A DNA stretch of 64,000 bases from an uncultured Acidobacteriota bacterium (GCA_963836075.1 CAWIIB010000009.1:2592001-2656000), one strand, 5' to 3'; counted from the first letter of the stretch, positions 1-12,784 are shown. Notes: generated by a model not told the origin, from the sequence alone. Translations and numbers: made by a program.

Positions 1-528
1 TGCCAGGTGCTGGCCGATTTCTTCACCATTCGCGAGCAGTTCGGTGCCGCTGCCAAGGTGACCATGGCCTACATGGGCGACGGCAACAACATGGCCCACT
101 CGCTGATGTTCATCGCCGCCAAGCTGGGGGCTGACATTCGCATCATCACTCCCCCGGATTACGAGCCGAATGAAGAGATCGTGGCCAGCGCCCGGGAAGA
201 CGCGGCGGCCAGCGGCAGCGAGATCCTGGTCACCACCGATGCCGACCAGGGCCTTCCCGGGGCCAACGTGGTCTACACCGATGTCTGGGCCAGCATGGGA
301 CAGGAAAAGGAATACAAGGAACGCAAGCGGATCTTTGCCGATTACCAGGTGAATCTGGCCGCCTTTGAAAAGGCCGCACCGCATGCGATTTTCATGCACT
401 GCCTCCCGGCCCACCGCGGGGATGAAGTCACCGACGACGTGGCCGACCACCCCCGTTCGGTGATCTTTGACGAGGCGGAGAACCGGCTTCACGTGCAAAA
501 GGCGGTGATGTTTCTGTTGATGGGGTGA
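1..528 (+). CDS. argF: Ornithine carbamoyltransferase, 3' part (starts before window)
   Basis: Frame 1 reads CQVLAD (HPxQ motif end), GDGNN, YTDVWASMG, HCLPAHRG, EAENRLH. Confidence 0.93.
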   Translation, partial: CQVLADFFTIREQFGAAAKVTMAYMGDGNNMAHSLMFIAAKLGADIRIITPPDYEPNEEIVASAREDAAASGSEILVTTDADQGLPGANVVYTDVWASMGQEKEYKERKRIFADYQVNLAAFEKAAPHAIFMHCLPAHRGDEVTDDVADHPRSVIFDEAENRLHVQKAVMFLLMG

Positions 529-549
529 GCCGGCGGCCGAAAGGCGTGC

Positions 550-578
550 TTGACAACTGTTTTGCGTTCGGGTAAATT
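550..578 (+). promoter_or_regulatory. sigma70-type promoter for rplM-rpsI
   Basis: TTGACA-17 nt-TAAATT 45 nt upstream of rplM. Confidence 0.7.
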
Positions 579-623
579 CACCACTTTCTTTGAATTGGAC
601 AGAATGAGGGGAGTTTTTGGGCA

Positions 624-1058
624 ATGGCGAACACAACGATCATGCCCCGGAAAGAGGATATCCAGAGGAAGTTCTATCTGGTCGATGCTGAAGGCAAGGT
701 GCTCGGGCGCCTGGCCACAGCGGTGGCGAACGTGCTCAGCGGCAAGAACAAGCCGCACTATGCACCGCACGTGGACACCGGGGATCATGTGATCGTCATC
801 AACGCCGAGCACATCGTCCTCACCGGCCGGAAGCTGGATAACAAGCTCTACCGGCGGCACAGCGGGTACCCCGGCGGGCTGAAAGAAATCTCGGCCCGCA
901 AGCTTCAGGAAAAGGCACCCGAGGAACTTATCCGCAAGGCCGTGTCCGGCATGCTGCCCAAGAGCAAGCTTGGCCGGTCCATGTTCAGCAAACTGTTGGT
1001 CTACAAAGGTTCGGAGCATCCGCACGCCTCGCAAAAACCCGAGTCGCTCGAGGTTTGA
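624..1058 (+). CDS. rplM: 50S ribosomal protein L13
   Basis: [33 protein letters not shown]. Confidence 0.98.
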   Translation: MANTTIMPRKEDIQRKFYLVDAEGKVLGRLATAVANVLSGKNKPHYAPHVDTGDHVIVINAEHIVLTGRKLDNKLYRRHSGYPGGLKEISARKLQEKAPEELIRKAVSGMLPKSKLGRSMFSKLLVYKGSEHPHASQKPESLEV

Positions 1059-1152
1059 CAGCGTGTTGGCGGCGGACCGGCGATCCCGGGGGAGCCTCCC
1101 CTGAGCGGTGCCGGAAACCGGCGCTCCGAGGAATGGAAAGGACGGAAGAGAG

Positions 1153-1539
1153 TTGATTCAGTATTACGCTACCGGGAGAAGGAAGAGTTCCACCGCCCGC
1201 GTGTTCCTGCGGCCGGGCAAGGGGGTCATCGAGGTCAACAGTCGGACCATCGATGATTACTTCCCCAACGAGACTCTGAAGATGATTATCCGGCAACCCC
1301 TGCAGCTCACCGAGACCGTGGACAAGTTCGACATCGTGGCCACGGTGAAGGGCGGCGGCATGTCGGGTCAGGCCGGGGCCATCAAGCACGGGATCTCCCG
1401 CGCCCTGGTGGACTACAACCAGGAACTGCGCAAGCGGCTCAAGGAAGGCGGCTTCCTCACCCGTGACGCGAGAGTCAAGGAACGGAAGAAGTACGGGCAG
1501 AAAGGCGCCCGCGCCCGCTTCCAGTTCTCCAAACGGTAA
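1153..1539 (+). CDS. rpsI: 30S ribosomal protein S9 (TTG start likely)
   Basis: [32 protein letters not shown]. Confidence 0.97.
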   Translation: MIQYYATGRRKSSTARVFLRPGKGVIEVNSRTIDDYFPNETLKMIIRQPLQLTETVDKFDIVATVKGGGMSGQAGAIKHGISRALVDYNQELRKRLKEGGFLTRDARVKERKKYGQKGARARFQFSKR

Positions 1540-1792
1540 AGCGCAGCATTGTGCTGCCAGTCCTGTTACCGGCCCGCTCATCGGAACGGGCCGTCTCCTT
1601 CCGGACCGGCCCCGGCCTCCTGCCGGGAACGCCGCTGCCTGCGGGTAGCGGCACCCAGGTCCTCGCATCGCGATGCGGGGCACCGGGGCGGGTCAGCAAG
1701 ACGGCACGCCGAAAGGCGATCACCACTGCCGGCGGCGGGACATTGACACATCCTCCCGGGGTACCACGCCGCGGGCGGGAGAAGGAGGAAAA

Positions 1793-2857
<1,065 letters not shown>

Positions 2858-2905
2858 CTGCCCGGTGCGAGCGATTCGGCAGAACACATATGGAGTTGGA
2901 GACCA

Positions 2906-3559
2906 ATGGCCATATCAGCCAAGCTAGTCAAGGAACTGAGAGAGAAGACCGGCGTCGGGATCATGGAGTGCAAGGAAGCGCTCAACCAGTGCGACGGCGA
3001 CATGGATGAGGCGGTCAAGATTCTGCGGAAGAAGGGCCTCTCCGCCGCGTCGAAAAAAGCCGGGCGGATCACCGCCGAGGGCGCGGTGGGATCCTACATC
3101 CACGCCGGGGGCAAGATCGGCGTGCTGATCGAGGTGAACTGCGAAACCGACTTCGTCGGGCAGAACGACGAATTCCAGGCGCTGGTGAAAGACCTGGCGA
3201 TGCATGTGGCCGCCGCCGAACCCCGCTTTGTCAACCGGGACGAGGTGACCGAGGAGATCCTGCGCGAAGAGCGTGAGATTTACACCGAGCAGGCCCTGGC
3301 CTCCGGGAAGCCGGAAAAGGTGGTGGAGAAGATCGTCGAAGGCAAGATGAACAAGTTCTTCGAAGAGACCTGTCTGCTGGACCAGCCGTACGTCAAGGAA
3401 AACAGTGTGACCGTGGGCCAGATGATCTCCAGCCTGATCGCCAAGATCGGCGAGAACATCTCCGTGCGGCGGTTTGTCCGCTACAAGCTCGGTGAAGGCC
3501 TGGAGAAGCGCCAGGATAACCTGGCCGCCGAGGTGGAGGCCCAGCTGCAGGGCAAGTGA
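2906..3559 (+). CDS. tsf: Elongation factor Ts (short form)
   Basis: [25 protein letters not shown]. Confidence 0.98.
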   Translation: MAISAKLVKELREKTGVGIMECKEALNQCDGDMDEAVKILRKKGLSAASKKAGRITAEGAVGSYIHAGGKIGVLIEVNCETDFVGQNDEFQALVKDLAMHVAAAEPRFVNRDEVTEEILREEREIYTEQALASGKPEKVVEKIVEGKMNKFFEETCLLDQPYVKENSVTVGQMISSLIAKIGENISVRRFVRYKLGEGLEKRQDNLAAEVEAQLQGK

Positions 3560-3615
3560 CCCCTGGGGGCGCCCCGGCACCGGCCGGGGGCGGCCCGCGG
3601 CGGAGGAGGAGCGTG

Positions 3616-4185
3616 ATGAGTGAAGAGATGCTGCGGGAGATTTTCTCCGACGTCAAACGCAAGATGACCGCCTCCATCGAGGCGCTGACCCGCGAGATGA
3701 GCACCATCAGGACCGGCCGCGCGTCGCTGTCCCTGCTCGACGGTATCTCCGTGGACTATTACGGCACAACCACCCCGCTCAACCAGGTGGCCACCCTTGC
3801 CGCGCCGGAGGGGAGCCTGATCACCATCCAGCCCTGGGACACTTCGGTGATCTCCGAGATCGAGAAGGTGATCCTGCGCTCCGATCTGGGCCTCACACCT
3901 TCCAGCGACGGGAAGATCATCCGGCTGCCCATCCCCCCGCTCACCGAGGAGCGCCGCAAACAGCTGGCGAAAAAGGTCAGCCGGATCGGTGAGGACGGCA
4001 AGACCGCCGTGCGCCAGGTCCGCCGCGAGGGCAACGATATGGTCAAGGACATGGAGAAGGCCAAGGACATCTCCCAGGACGACGAGCACCGGGCTTACAA
4101 GGAAATCCAGGACCTCACCGACGAATACACCAGGAAGATCGATGCACTGGTGAAGAAGAAGGAAGGTGAGATCCTCGAGATCTGA
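3616..4185 (+). CDS. frr: Ribosome recycling factor
   Basis: GGAGGAGG RBS; IRTGRAS, YYGTTTPLNQVA, PPLTEERRKQL. Confidence 0.97.
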   Translation: MSEEMLREIFSDVKRKMTASIEALTREMSTIRTGRASLSLLDGISVDYYGTTTPLNQVATLAAPEGSLITIQPWDTSVISEIEKVILRSDLGLTPSSDGKIIRLPIPPLTEERRKQLAKKVSRIGEDGKTAVRQVRREGNDMVKDMEKAKDISQDDEHRAYKEIQDLTDEYTRKIDALVKKKEGEILEI

Positions 4186-4210
4186 ACCTCCGCCGGCTTT
4201 GATCCGTAAT

Positions 4211-4248
4211 CCCCCTCGCGGCCGGTCGGCTGCCAGGGGGTTTTCTTT
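4211..4248 (+). terminator. Intrinsic terminator after frr
   Basis: CCCCCTcGCGGCCG..CGGCTGCcAGGGGG stem followed by TTTTCTTT. Confidence 0.7.
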
Positions 4249-4273
4249 CGGTTCCGCTCGCCAGAGGCAGACC

Positions 4274-5467
4274 ATGGAGCAGCAGGGGCAGTGCCGGGTG
4301 GCGGCGGTGGTGGTGGCCGCCGGAGCCGGCGTCCGGATGGGCGGCGGGGCCCGCAAACAGTACCGGCTGCTGGCCGGCCGGCCCGTGGTGCAGCGCAGCC
4401 TGGAGCTCCTGGCCGGTCACCGGCTGGTGGACCGGCTGGTGCTGGTGCTGCCGGCGAACGATCACGGAGCCTGGTCCGCGGAAGCCGAGGCAGCCGATGC
4501 GGGCCGCAAGCCCCTGGCCGTGGTTACCGGGGGTGCGACCAGGCAGGCCTCGGTGCTCCGTGGCCTGGAGGCGGCCGCCGCCTGGTCGCCGGAGCTGGTG
4601 CTGGTCCACGACGGGGTCCGGCCCCTGGCCTCTCCTGGGCTGGTGGACCGGGTGGTGGAGGGCGCCGCGAAATGGGGTGCGGTCTCCCCGGTGCTGGAGG
4701 TCCACGAGACGGTCAAAGCAGTGGACGACGAGGGGCGGCTGGTCAGGACGCTTGACCGGCTTCCCCTGCGGCTGCTCCAGACGCCGGAGGGGTTCTCCTT
4801 CCCGCTGATTCTCACCGCCGCCCGCCAGGCCCTGGCCGCCGGCTTCGAGGCCGACGACACCGCCTCGCTGGCCCGGCTGGCCGGGAACGAGGTGCGGATG
4901 GTGGCCGGGGAGCGGAGCAACATCAAGATCACCGGTCCCGAGGACCTGTCGTTGGCCGAGCGGTTGCTGGGCGGCGGGGCGGAGCGCTACCGGGTGGGCA
5001 CCGGCTACGATGCCCACCGGCTGGTTCCCGGCCGGCCCTTGATGCTGGGCGGGGTGGCGGTGCCACACAGCCACGGCCTCGAGGGGCACAGCGATGCGGA
5101 CGTGCTGCTCCACGCGCTGGCCGACGCGCTGCTGGGCGCGGCCGCGCTGGGCGACCTGGGGCGGCATTTTCCTGCCAGCGACCCCCGGCTGTGCGGAGCG
5201 GCCGGCAGCGACCTGCTCCAGCGGGTGGTGGAACTGCTGAGAGAGGCGGGCTGGTCGCCGGTGAACGCCGACACGGTGGTGGTGGCCCAGCGGCCCCGGC
5301 TGGCGCCGTTTCTCGACGAGATGCGTGAGGCTGTCGCCCGGGTGCTGGGAATCGACAGCGGAGCCGTTTCGGTCAAGGCCACCACAACCGAGGGTATGGG
5401 ATTCGAGGGGCGGGGCGAGGGGATCTCGGCCACCGCCACAATCCTCGTCCAGCGATGCGGAGAGTGA
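4274..5467 (+). CDS. ispDF: Bifunctional IspD/IspF (MEP pathway)
   Basis: AAGAGVRMG, GGATRQASV, VHDGVRP, NIKIT, then GYDAHRL, GHSDADVLLHAL, VSVKATTTE. Confidence 0.93.
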   Translation: MEQQGQCRVAAVVVAAGAGVRMGGGARKQYRLLAGRPVVQRSLELLAGHRLVDRLVLVLPANDHGAWSAEAEAADAGRKPLAVVTGGATRQASVLRGLEAAAAWSPELVLVHDGVRPLASPGLVDRVVEGAAKWGAVSPVLEVHETVKAVDDEGRLVRTLDRLPLRLLQTPEGFSFPLILTAARQALAAGFEADDTASLARLAGNEVRMVAGERSNIKITGPEDLSLAERLLGGGAERYRVGTGYDAHRLVPGRPLMLGGVAVPHSHGLEGHSDADVLLHALADALLGAAALGDLGRHFPASDPRLCGAAGSDLLQRVVELLREAGWSPVNADTVVVAQRPRLAPFLDEMREAVARVLGIDSGAVSVKATTTEGMGFEGRGEGISATATILVQRCGE

Positions 5468-5472
5468 ACAGG

Positions 5473-6996
5473 ATGAACGAGACCACCGGACCCCGAGTGA
5501 GATTTGCCCCCAGCCCCACCGGGATGCTCCATGTGGGCAACGCCCGCACCGCGCTGTTCAACTGGTTGTTGGCCCGGGCCGGCGGCGGGCGGCTGATCCT
5601 GCGGCTGGAGGACACCGACCTCCAGCGGTCCACCAGCCGGTCGGCCGGCGGGATCATCGAAGACCTCCGCTGGCTGGGCCTCGACTGGGACGAAGGCCCG
5701 GAGCAGGGCGGCGATTTCGGGCCCTACCGCCAGAGCGAGCGCCTGGACCTCTACCGGGCCGAGGCCCGGCGCCTGCTGGATGCCGGTCTGGCCTACCACT
5801 GCTTTTGCCGCCCCGATGATCTCCAGCGTGCGCGCCAGGCCGCCCGGGAGAAGGGGCAGCCCCAGCGCTATCCGGGGACCTGCCGCCAGATCGACCGCCA
5901 GGACGCCGAGGCGCGCATCGCTGCCGGAGAGCCGGCGGCTCTTCGATTCCGGATGCCCGACGCTTTTCTTACGGTGCGTGATCTTGTGCGCGGGGAGGTG
6001 CAGTTCGATTGTGGTGAATTTGGTGACCTGGTGATCCTCCGCGCCGACGGCACCGCGGCCTACAATTTCGCCGTGGTGGTGGACGATGCCGGGATGCGCA
6101 TCAGCCACGTGATCCGCGGTGAGGACCACCTGACCAACACCCCCAAGCAGATTCACCTCTTCCGGGCGCTGGGCTATGACCCGTTGCCCGAGTACGCGCA
6201 CCTGCCGATGATCCTCGGGCCGGACCGCTCGAGGCTGAGCAAGCGGCACGGGGTGACCTCGGTGAGCCAGTTTCGCGACGAAGGATACCTGCCCCGGGCG
6301 CTGGTCAACTACCTGGCACTGCTCGGCTGGTCGCCGGGATCCGGGGCGGAGGAGATCATGGACCCCGGGGAGCTGGTGCAGCGGTTCTCCCTGGAGCGGG
6401 TCAATAAATCGGCGGCGGTGTTCGACCCGCTGAAGCTCTCCTGGGTCAACGGCAAGCACTGGCGGGCCATGGATGCCGGCGGCCGGCTGGACGCGGCCCT
6501 GCCCTTCCTCCGCCGGACGGAGTGGTGCCCCGAGGTGCCGGGGGGGCGAGAGCTGGCCTGGCTTTCCCTGGCACTGGAGGCCCTGTCGCCGAAGGTGGAG
6601 CGACTGGACGCGCTGGCCGGGCTGTTCCGGGTCTTCTTCCATTTCGATCCCCGGGCGGCAGCAGCAGATCCCCAGGCCCTGGCCGCCCTGGAGGAGCCGG
6701 GGGTGCGCCAACTGCTGGAGGCGCTGCATGGCGAACTGCAGAGCGGCGGCGCCGCTGGTGAGGGCGGCATGGCCGCCCTGCTCAAGCGGGTGCAGAAGGG
6801 GACCGGTGTCAAGGGCCCCCGCTTTTACCACCCGTTGCGGGCGGCGCTCACCGGCTCGTTGTCGGGGATGGAGTTGGACGGCCTGATTCCCCTGCTGGAG
6901 CAGGGCAAGGGCCTGGACGGCTTCCAGGCGCGGATTATCGGGGTGGGGGAGCGCATCGGGATGGTGCTGGACTCGGGGCTGCTGCCCGGTTCCTGA
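5473..6996 (+). CDS. gltX: Glutamate--tRNA ligase
   Basis: RFAPSPTG, HVGN, RLEDTD, IRGEDH, LSKRHG, C-terminal anticodon-binding domain; alternative GTG start at 5464. Confidence 0.93.
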   Translation: MNETTGPRVRFAPSPTGMLHVGNARTALFNWLLARAGGGRLILRLEDTDLQRSTSRSAGGIIEDLRWLGLDWDEGPEQGGDFGPYRQSERLDLYRAEARRLLDAGLAYHCFCRPDDLQRARQAAREKGQPQRYPGTCRQIDRQDAEARIAAGEPAALRFRMPDAFLTVRDLVRGEVQFDCGEFGDLVILRADGTAAYNFAVVVDDAGMRISHVIRGEDHLTNTPKQIHLFRALGYDPLPEYAHLPMILGPDRSRLSKRHGVTSVSQFRDEGYLPRALVNYLALLGWSPGSGAEEIMDPGELVQRFSLERVNKSAAVFDPLKLSWVNGKHWRAMDAGGRLDAALPFLRRTEWCPEVPGGRELAWLSLALEALSPKVERLDALAGLFRVFFHFDPRAAAADPQALAALEEPGVRQLLEALHGELQSGGAAGEGGMAALLKRVQKGTGVKGPRFYHPLRAALTGSLSGMELDGLIPLLEQGKGLDGFQARIIGVGERIGMVLDSGLLPGS

Positions 6997-7018
6997 TCCG
7001 GGGAGCGGAGAGCAAAGG

Positions 7019-7790
7019 ATGGATCTGGTCTGTGGTCCCAACGCGGTGTTCGAGGCCCTGCGCGGCGAGCGGCCGGTGGTGCGCCTGCTGGTGGCGCGGG
7101 AGACCGGGCCCGGGGCGGGCAAGACGGCCCGGGTTCTGGAGGAGGCCCGCCGGCAGGGGATACCGGTACGGCGGGTCACCCGGCAGGAGCTGGACCGGCT
7201 GGCCACCGCCCGGCACCAGGGGCTGGTGGCCGTGGTGGGGGCGTTTCGCCCCGGCCGGGACCCGGAGGAAGCTCTCGACGCCATGGCCGGCGTCCCGCTG
7301 GTGGTGGTGCTGGACGGCATCGAGGACCCGCGGAACCTGGGGGCGGTGATCAGGAGCTGCGAGTGTGCCGGGGTGGGGGCGGTGTTCGTGCCGCGGAGGC
7401 GCAGCGCCCCGTTCTCCGAAGTGGCGGTGACGTGCCGCCGCCGGTGCCCTGGAACACCTGCCGGTGGTGGAGGTTCCCAACATCCCCGCACTGCTGCGGC
7501 TGCTGGGCAGGCGGGGGATCTGGTCGGTGGGGCTTGATGGGTCGGCCCCCGGCGGCCTGGGGAGTTTTGATTTTTGCCAGCCGACGGCCCTGGTGCTGGG
7601 CGCTGAAGGCAAGGGGCTGTCCCGGCTGGTCCGGGAACGCTGCGACAGCCTGGTCTCCATCCCGGTGTTTGGCGCCCTCGATTCGCTGAATGTCTCGGTG
7701 GCTGCGGGGGTGGCCCTCTATCATGCTGTCTTTCAGCGACTTGAGCGCGGACCTGAGGGGGATGGCCGGGGAAAGAGCGGAGACAGGTGA
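7019..7790 (+). CDS. rlmB: 23S rRNA G2251 2'-O-methyltransferase (SpoU/TrmH family), one +1 frameshift at ~7430
   Basis: HQGLVA, DGIEDPRNLGAVIRS then next frame LGAEGKGL, DSLNVSVAAG; removing A7430 gives VAVRAAAGALEHLPV and a 256-aa ORF. Confidence 0.88.
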
Positions 7791-7817
7791 AAAATCTCCC
7801 TCTTGGAGGATTTTTGC

Positions 7818-7846
7818 TTGCCAACAGGGGTGACTTATGGTATTTT
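7818..7846 (+). promoter_or_regulatory. sigma70-type promoter for tRNA-tuf operon
   Basis: TTGCCA-17 nt-TATTTT with extended -10 TG, just upstream of tRNA-Thr. Confidence 0.6.
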
Positions 7847-7859
7847 CCCCGTTTCGTGG

Positions 7860-7935
7860 GCTGGCGTAGCTCAATTGGTAGAGCAGCTGATTTGTAATCA
7901 GCAGGTCGGGGGTTCAATTCCTCTCGCCAGCTCCA
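7860..7935 (+). tRNA. tRNA-Thr(TGT)
   Basis: GCTGGCG acceptor stem, anticodon arm GCTGA-TTTGTAA-TCAGC, GTTCAATTC T-loop, CCA end. Confidence 0.97.
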
Positions 7936-8098
7936 TCAATTGTTTGTAAAAGAAGGAGTTGCATGTCGGGCCCGGCACGGCGCGGCAGCAGCTCGCGGAT
8001 ACGGCAGCCGGTGACGAAAGTGTGCCTGCTCCGGAGACTCGGCCACCGGAAGCGATTTCGGCGGAAACCGGGGGGGGCGGGTCTGACTTTTTTAGTGT

Positions 8099-8183
8099 GG
8101 GGAGATTCCCGAGCGGTCAAAGGGAACAGACTGTAAATCTGTCGGCGAAGCCTTCGGAGGTTCGAATCCTCCTCTCCCCACCA
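8099..8183 (+). tRNA. tRNA-Tyr(GTA)
   Basis: Anticodon arm ACAGA-CTGTAAA-TCTGT, long variable arm, GTTCGAATC, CCA end. Confidence 0.97.
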
Positions 8184-8244
8184 GTTTTATTGCCAGCAAT
8201 GGTGAGCGGGTGCCGGCCTCGTTGAGACCGGTCACCGCAAAGGG

Positions 8245-8320
8245 GCGGGAATAGCTCAGTTGGTAGAGCATCAGCCTTCCAAGCTGAGGGTCGCGGGTTC
8301 GAGCCCCGTTTCCCGCTCCA
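8245..8320 (+). tRNA. tRNA-Gly(TCC)
   Basis: GCGGGAA acceptor, TCAGC-CTTCCAA-GCTGA, CCA end. Confidence 0.97.
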
Positions 8321-8366
8321 GAGCCCGATGCGTTCAGGTGCCGTTCGTCCGGGAGATTGGTTTCAA

Positions 8367-8441
<75 letters not shown>

Positions 8442-8506
8442 CTTTTTTTGAGCAGTACAGGCGTGAAAAGCAGACGCTTTTCTCCACAGGGAGGAGGTAA
8501 GCTCCG

Positions 8507-9700
<1,194 letters not shown>

Positions 9701-9779
9701 CTGTGACGGCCCGGGCGATCGCCGGGCCGCTGGCATAGCGCCGCGGGCCGGCTGCCGGCCCCGGTGAGCGGGTTTTGAG

Positions 9780-9930
9780 ATGAGGGACAACATCATCCTC
9801 GCATGCACCGAGTGCAAGCGGAGAAACTACACCACGACGAAGAACAAGAAGAAGACCACCGGCAAGCTCGCAGTTCAAGAAATACTGCCCTTTTTGCCGG
9901 AAGCACATTCTCCACAAGGAGTCCAAATAA
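9780..9930 (+). CDS. rpmG: 50S ribosomal protein L33 (Zn-binding type), one +1 frameshift at ~9871; missed by ORF track
   Basis: [24 protein letters not shown]...KL; removing C9871 gives [19 protein letters not shown]. Confidence 0.92.
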
Positions 9931-10070
9931 AGGTTTGAGCGGGAGACCCGGGAAGAACGTATAGTCCCGATCATCGAGGGAACTTTGGTATCACCAGCAG
10001 CGTGGTGTCCTCCTGCTGTCAATTGCCACATCCGATTCGGACGGCTCGGCGTTGCCATCGTTCCATGTAC

Positions 10071-10146
10071 AGGCCAGTAGCTCTAATGGTAGAGCACCGG
10101 ACTCCAAATCCGGGGGCTGGGGGTTCGAATCCCTCCTGGCCTGCCA
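10071..10146 (+). tRNA. tRNA-Trp(CCA)
   Basis: AGGCCAG acceptor, CCGGA-CTCCAAA-TCCGG, CCA end; usual position before secE. Confidence 0.97.
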
Positions 10147-10206
10147 CTGCCATGAGGCCAGAACCACCCGACCCGGTCGGGCCAAAACAGAAGGGGAGTT
10201 CGACCA

Positions 10207-10407
10207 GTGTTCGCAAGAGCCCTGCAATTCCTGAGTGAGGTAAAGGCGGAGTTGAAGAAGGTCAGTTGGCCTTCCCGCAAGGAGGTCTACGGGACCACCA
10301 CGGTGGTGATCATCTCGGTCTTCATCTTTGCTGCCTTCTTTTTTGTGGTCGATCAGGGGCTGAACCGTTTCATCCAGTTCATCCTGACCTTCTTCGGGAG
10401 CCAATAA
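10207..10407 (+). CDS. secE: Preprotein translocase subunit SecE
   Basis: [12 protein letters not shown] plus one TM helix. Confidence 0.95.
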   Translation: MFARALQFLSEVKAELKKVSWPSRKEVYGTTTVVIISVFIFAAFFFVVDQGLNRFIQFILTFFGSQ

Positions 10408-10429
10408 GCGGGAGCGGAAAGGTCGACCC

Positions 10430-10966
10430 ATGGACATGGAAAAGAAGTGGTATGTCATCCACACTTACTCCGGCTTCGAGAAGAAGGTTCAGGAGAGCCT
10501 GCGCCAGCGCGTAGAGGACCTGGAGATGGAGGATGAAATCGACGACGTTCTGGTCCCCACCGAAAACGTGGTGGAGATGAAGAGCGGCAAGAAAGTGGTG
10601 ACGCCGAAGAAGTTTTTCCCGGGGTATGTGCTGGTGCACATGGTGCTCTCCGACGCGGCATGGCACTTGATCAAGAGCACGCCCAAGGTCACCGGCTTCG
10701 TCCGTCTGGGCGCGCACCCCACACCGCTGAGCGATGAGGAGTTCGCCCAGATCACGGAGAAGATGGATGCTTCCAAGGAGAAGCCGAAGCCCAGATTCTC
10801 CTTCGAGGCCGGAGAGACGGTGCGGATTATTGACGGTCCGTTCAGCAACTTCACCGGGGTGGTGGACGAGGTCAACGAGGACAAGAATACGCTCAAGGTG
10901 ATGGTCACCATTTTTGGCCGGGCCACACCAGTGGAGCTGGACTTTTTACAGGTCGAAAAGGTATAG
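10430..10966 (+). CDS. nusG: Transcription factor NusG
   Basis: [39 protein letters not shown]. Confidence 0.98.
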   Translation: MDMEKKWYVIHTYSGFEKKVQESLRQRVEDLEMEDEIDDVLVPTENVVEMKSGKKVVTPKKFFPGYVLVHMVLSDAAWHLIKSTPKVTGFVRLGAHPTPLSDEEFAQITEKMDASKEKPKPRFSFEAGETVRIIDGPFSNFTGVVDEVNEDKNTLKVMVTIFGRATPVELDFLQVEKV

Positions 10967-11024
10967 CGCCGCCGGCAGGAAACAGTCCGGCGGGATGTAA
11001 ACGGGAGTTCACCGAGGTAGTCCA

Positions 11025-11456
11025 ATGGCGAAGAAAATAACCGGGGTCATCAAACTTCAGATCGAGGCCGGCAAGGCCACGCCTGCGCCTCCGGTGGGCC
11101 CGGCGCTGGGTCAGCAGGGCGTGAACATCATGGAGTTCTGCAAGGCATACAACGCCAAGACCCAGGCCCAGGCGGCGGAAGGGCTGATCATCCCGGTGGA
11201 GATCACCGTCTACGCCGACCGGTCGTTCACCTTTATCACCAAGACGCCGCCGGCGGCGGTGCTGCTCAAGCGGGCGGCCAAGATCGCCAAGGGCTCGGGT
11301 GAACCGAACAAGAGCAAGGTAGGATCCGTCACGACTTCTCAGCTGCAGGAGATCGCCAGGCAGAAGATGCCCGATCTCAATGCCGCGAACCTGGATGCCG
11401 CGGTGAAGATCATCGCGGGGACAGCGCGCAGCATGGGGCTGGAGGTCGAAGGCTGA
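11025..11456 (+). CDS. rplK: 50S ribosomal protein L11
   Basis: [20 protein letters not shown]. Confidence 0.99.
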   Translation: MAKKITGVIKLQIEAGKATPAPPVGPALGQQGVNIMEFCKAYNAKTQAQAAEGLIIPVEITVYADRSFTFITKTPPAAVLLKRAAKIAKGSGEPNKSKVGSVTTSQLQEIARQKMPDLNAANLDAAVKIIAGTARSMGLEVEG

Positions 11457-11550
11457 GCACTCCTTATCGTTGTTGCCCCCGCAGGACCGGTGTGGCGGAT
11501 CACGCGGGAGGGGGCGAGAGCGGAAGCGGATGTGGGAAGGAGTTTGGTGT

Positions 11551-12246
11551 ATGGCGCGGAAAACGAAACAGCGTAACGCTGCGCAGGAACATGTGGAGGA
11601 CCGCGAGTACCTGCTGGAGGAGGCGATTTCGCTGCTCCAGAAGTTGAGCTACGTGAAGTTCGACGAGACCGTCGAACTTGCCATGCGGCTCGGCGTCAAC
11701 CCGCGGCACGCCGACCAGATGGTCCGCGGCACGGTGATGCTGCCCCACGGCACCGGCAAGACGGTGCGGGTGGTGGTCATCGCCCAGGGCGACAAGGTCA
11801 CCGAGGCCGAGGCGGCCGGTGCCGATTTCGTCGGGGGCGAGGACCTGGTGGGCAAGATTCAGAAGGGCTGGCTCGACTTCGACGCGGTGATTGCCACCCC
11901 CGACATGATGAAGCACGTGGGGAAGCTGGGCAAGGTTCTCGGGCCGCGGAAGATGATGCCCAACCCCAAAACAGGCACGGTCACTTTCGACGTGGGCGCC
12001 GCGGTCACCGAGACCAAGGGCGGCAAGATCGAGTACCGCGTGGACAAGACCGCGATCATCCACTGCCCGGTGGGCAAGCTCTCCTTCGAGGCTGAGAAGC
12101 TGCAGGAGAACCTCAGCACCGTTATCGGTGCCGTGGTGCGCGCCAAACCGGCATCGGCCAAGGGGAAATACATCATCAGGGTCCACGTCTCCTCCACTAT
12201 GGGGCCGGGTCTGAGTATTTCGTCTGCCTCGTGGGACAAGAAGTGA
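11551..12246 (+). CDS. rplA: 50S ribosomal protein L1
   Basis: [31 protein letters not shown]. Confidence 0.98.
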   Translation: MARKTKQRNAAQEHVEDREYLLEEAISLLQKLSYVKFDETVELAMRLGVNPRHADQMVRGTVMLPHGTGKTVRVVVIAQGDKVTEAEAAGADFVGGEDLVGKIQKGWLDFDAVIATPDMMKHVGKLGKVLGPRKMMPNPKTGTVTFDVGAAVTETKGGKIEYRVDKTAIIHCPVGKLSFEAEKLQENLSTVIGAVVRAKPASAKGKYIIRVHVSSTMGPGLSISSASWDKK

Positions 12247-12262
12247 CGGAGGCCTCTGGGAA

Positions 12263-12784
12263 ATGAAAAGCAAGGAAGAAAAGAGAAAGCTGGTCGAGGA
12301 GCTGAAGGACGAACTGGCCTGGGCCAAGTCGGCCTACCTTTTCGACTTCCGCGGTGTCCAGGTCGGGCCGGTGAACCAGCTTCGCCGGAAAATCGAGGCC
12401 AGCAGCTGCCGCTACCGGGTGGAGAAGAACACCCTCATCGGCTACGCGGTGGAAGGCACCGATATGGAGTCGCTGGGTCAGGACCTCGCCGGCATGACCG
12501 CCATCGCCTATTCCGGCGACGACCCGGTGGAACTGGCCAAGGTGCTGACCACCTTCGCCAAGGAGAACCCCACCTTCACCTTCAAAACCGGAATGGTGGA
12601 GGGGCGGGTGATCACCGGTGACCAGCTGAAGGAGATCGCCTCCATGCCTGGTCGGGAAGAACTGCTGTCCAAGCTGGTCTTCCTGCTGCAGTCGCCCGTC
12701 AGGGGGCTGGTCACCGTGCTCTCCGGCACCGCCCGGAACCTGGTGACCGTGCTGGGCCAGATCGCGGAGCGGAAGGAACAATAG
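12263..12784 (+). CDS. rplJ: 50S ribosomal protein L10
   Basis: [17 protein letters not shown]; between rplA and rplL. Confidence 0.95.
   Translation: MKSKEEKRKLVEELKDELAWAKSAYLFDFRGVQVGPVNQLRRKIEASSCRYRVEKNTLIGYAVEGTDMESLGQDLAGMTAIAYSGDDPVELAKVLTTFAKENPTFTFKTGMVEGRVITGDQLKEIASMPGREELLSKLVFLLQSPVRGLVTVLSGTARNLVTVLGQIAERKEQ

Noticed and set aside
5005-7917. 970-aa minus-strand ORF
   Set aside because: Antisense shadow of ispDF/gltX/rlmB that also overlaps tRNA-Thr; no motifs; expected from high-GC codon bias
9935-9965. Promoter TTGAGC..TATAGT before tRNA-Trp
   Set aside because: 19-nt spacer and weak -35; not supportable without TSS data
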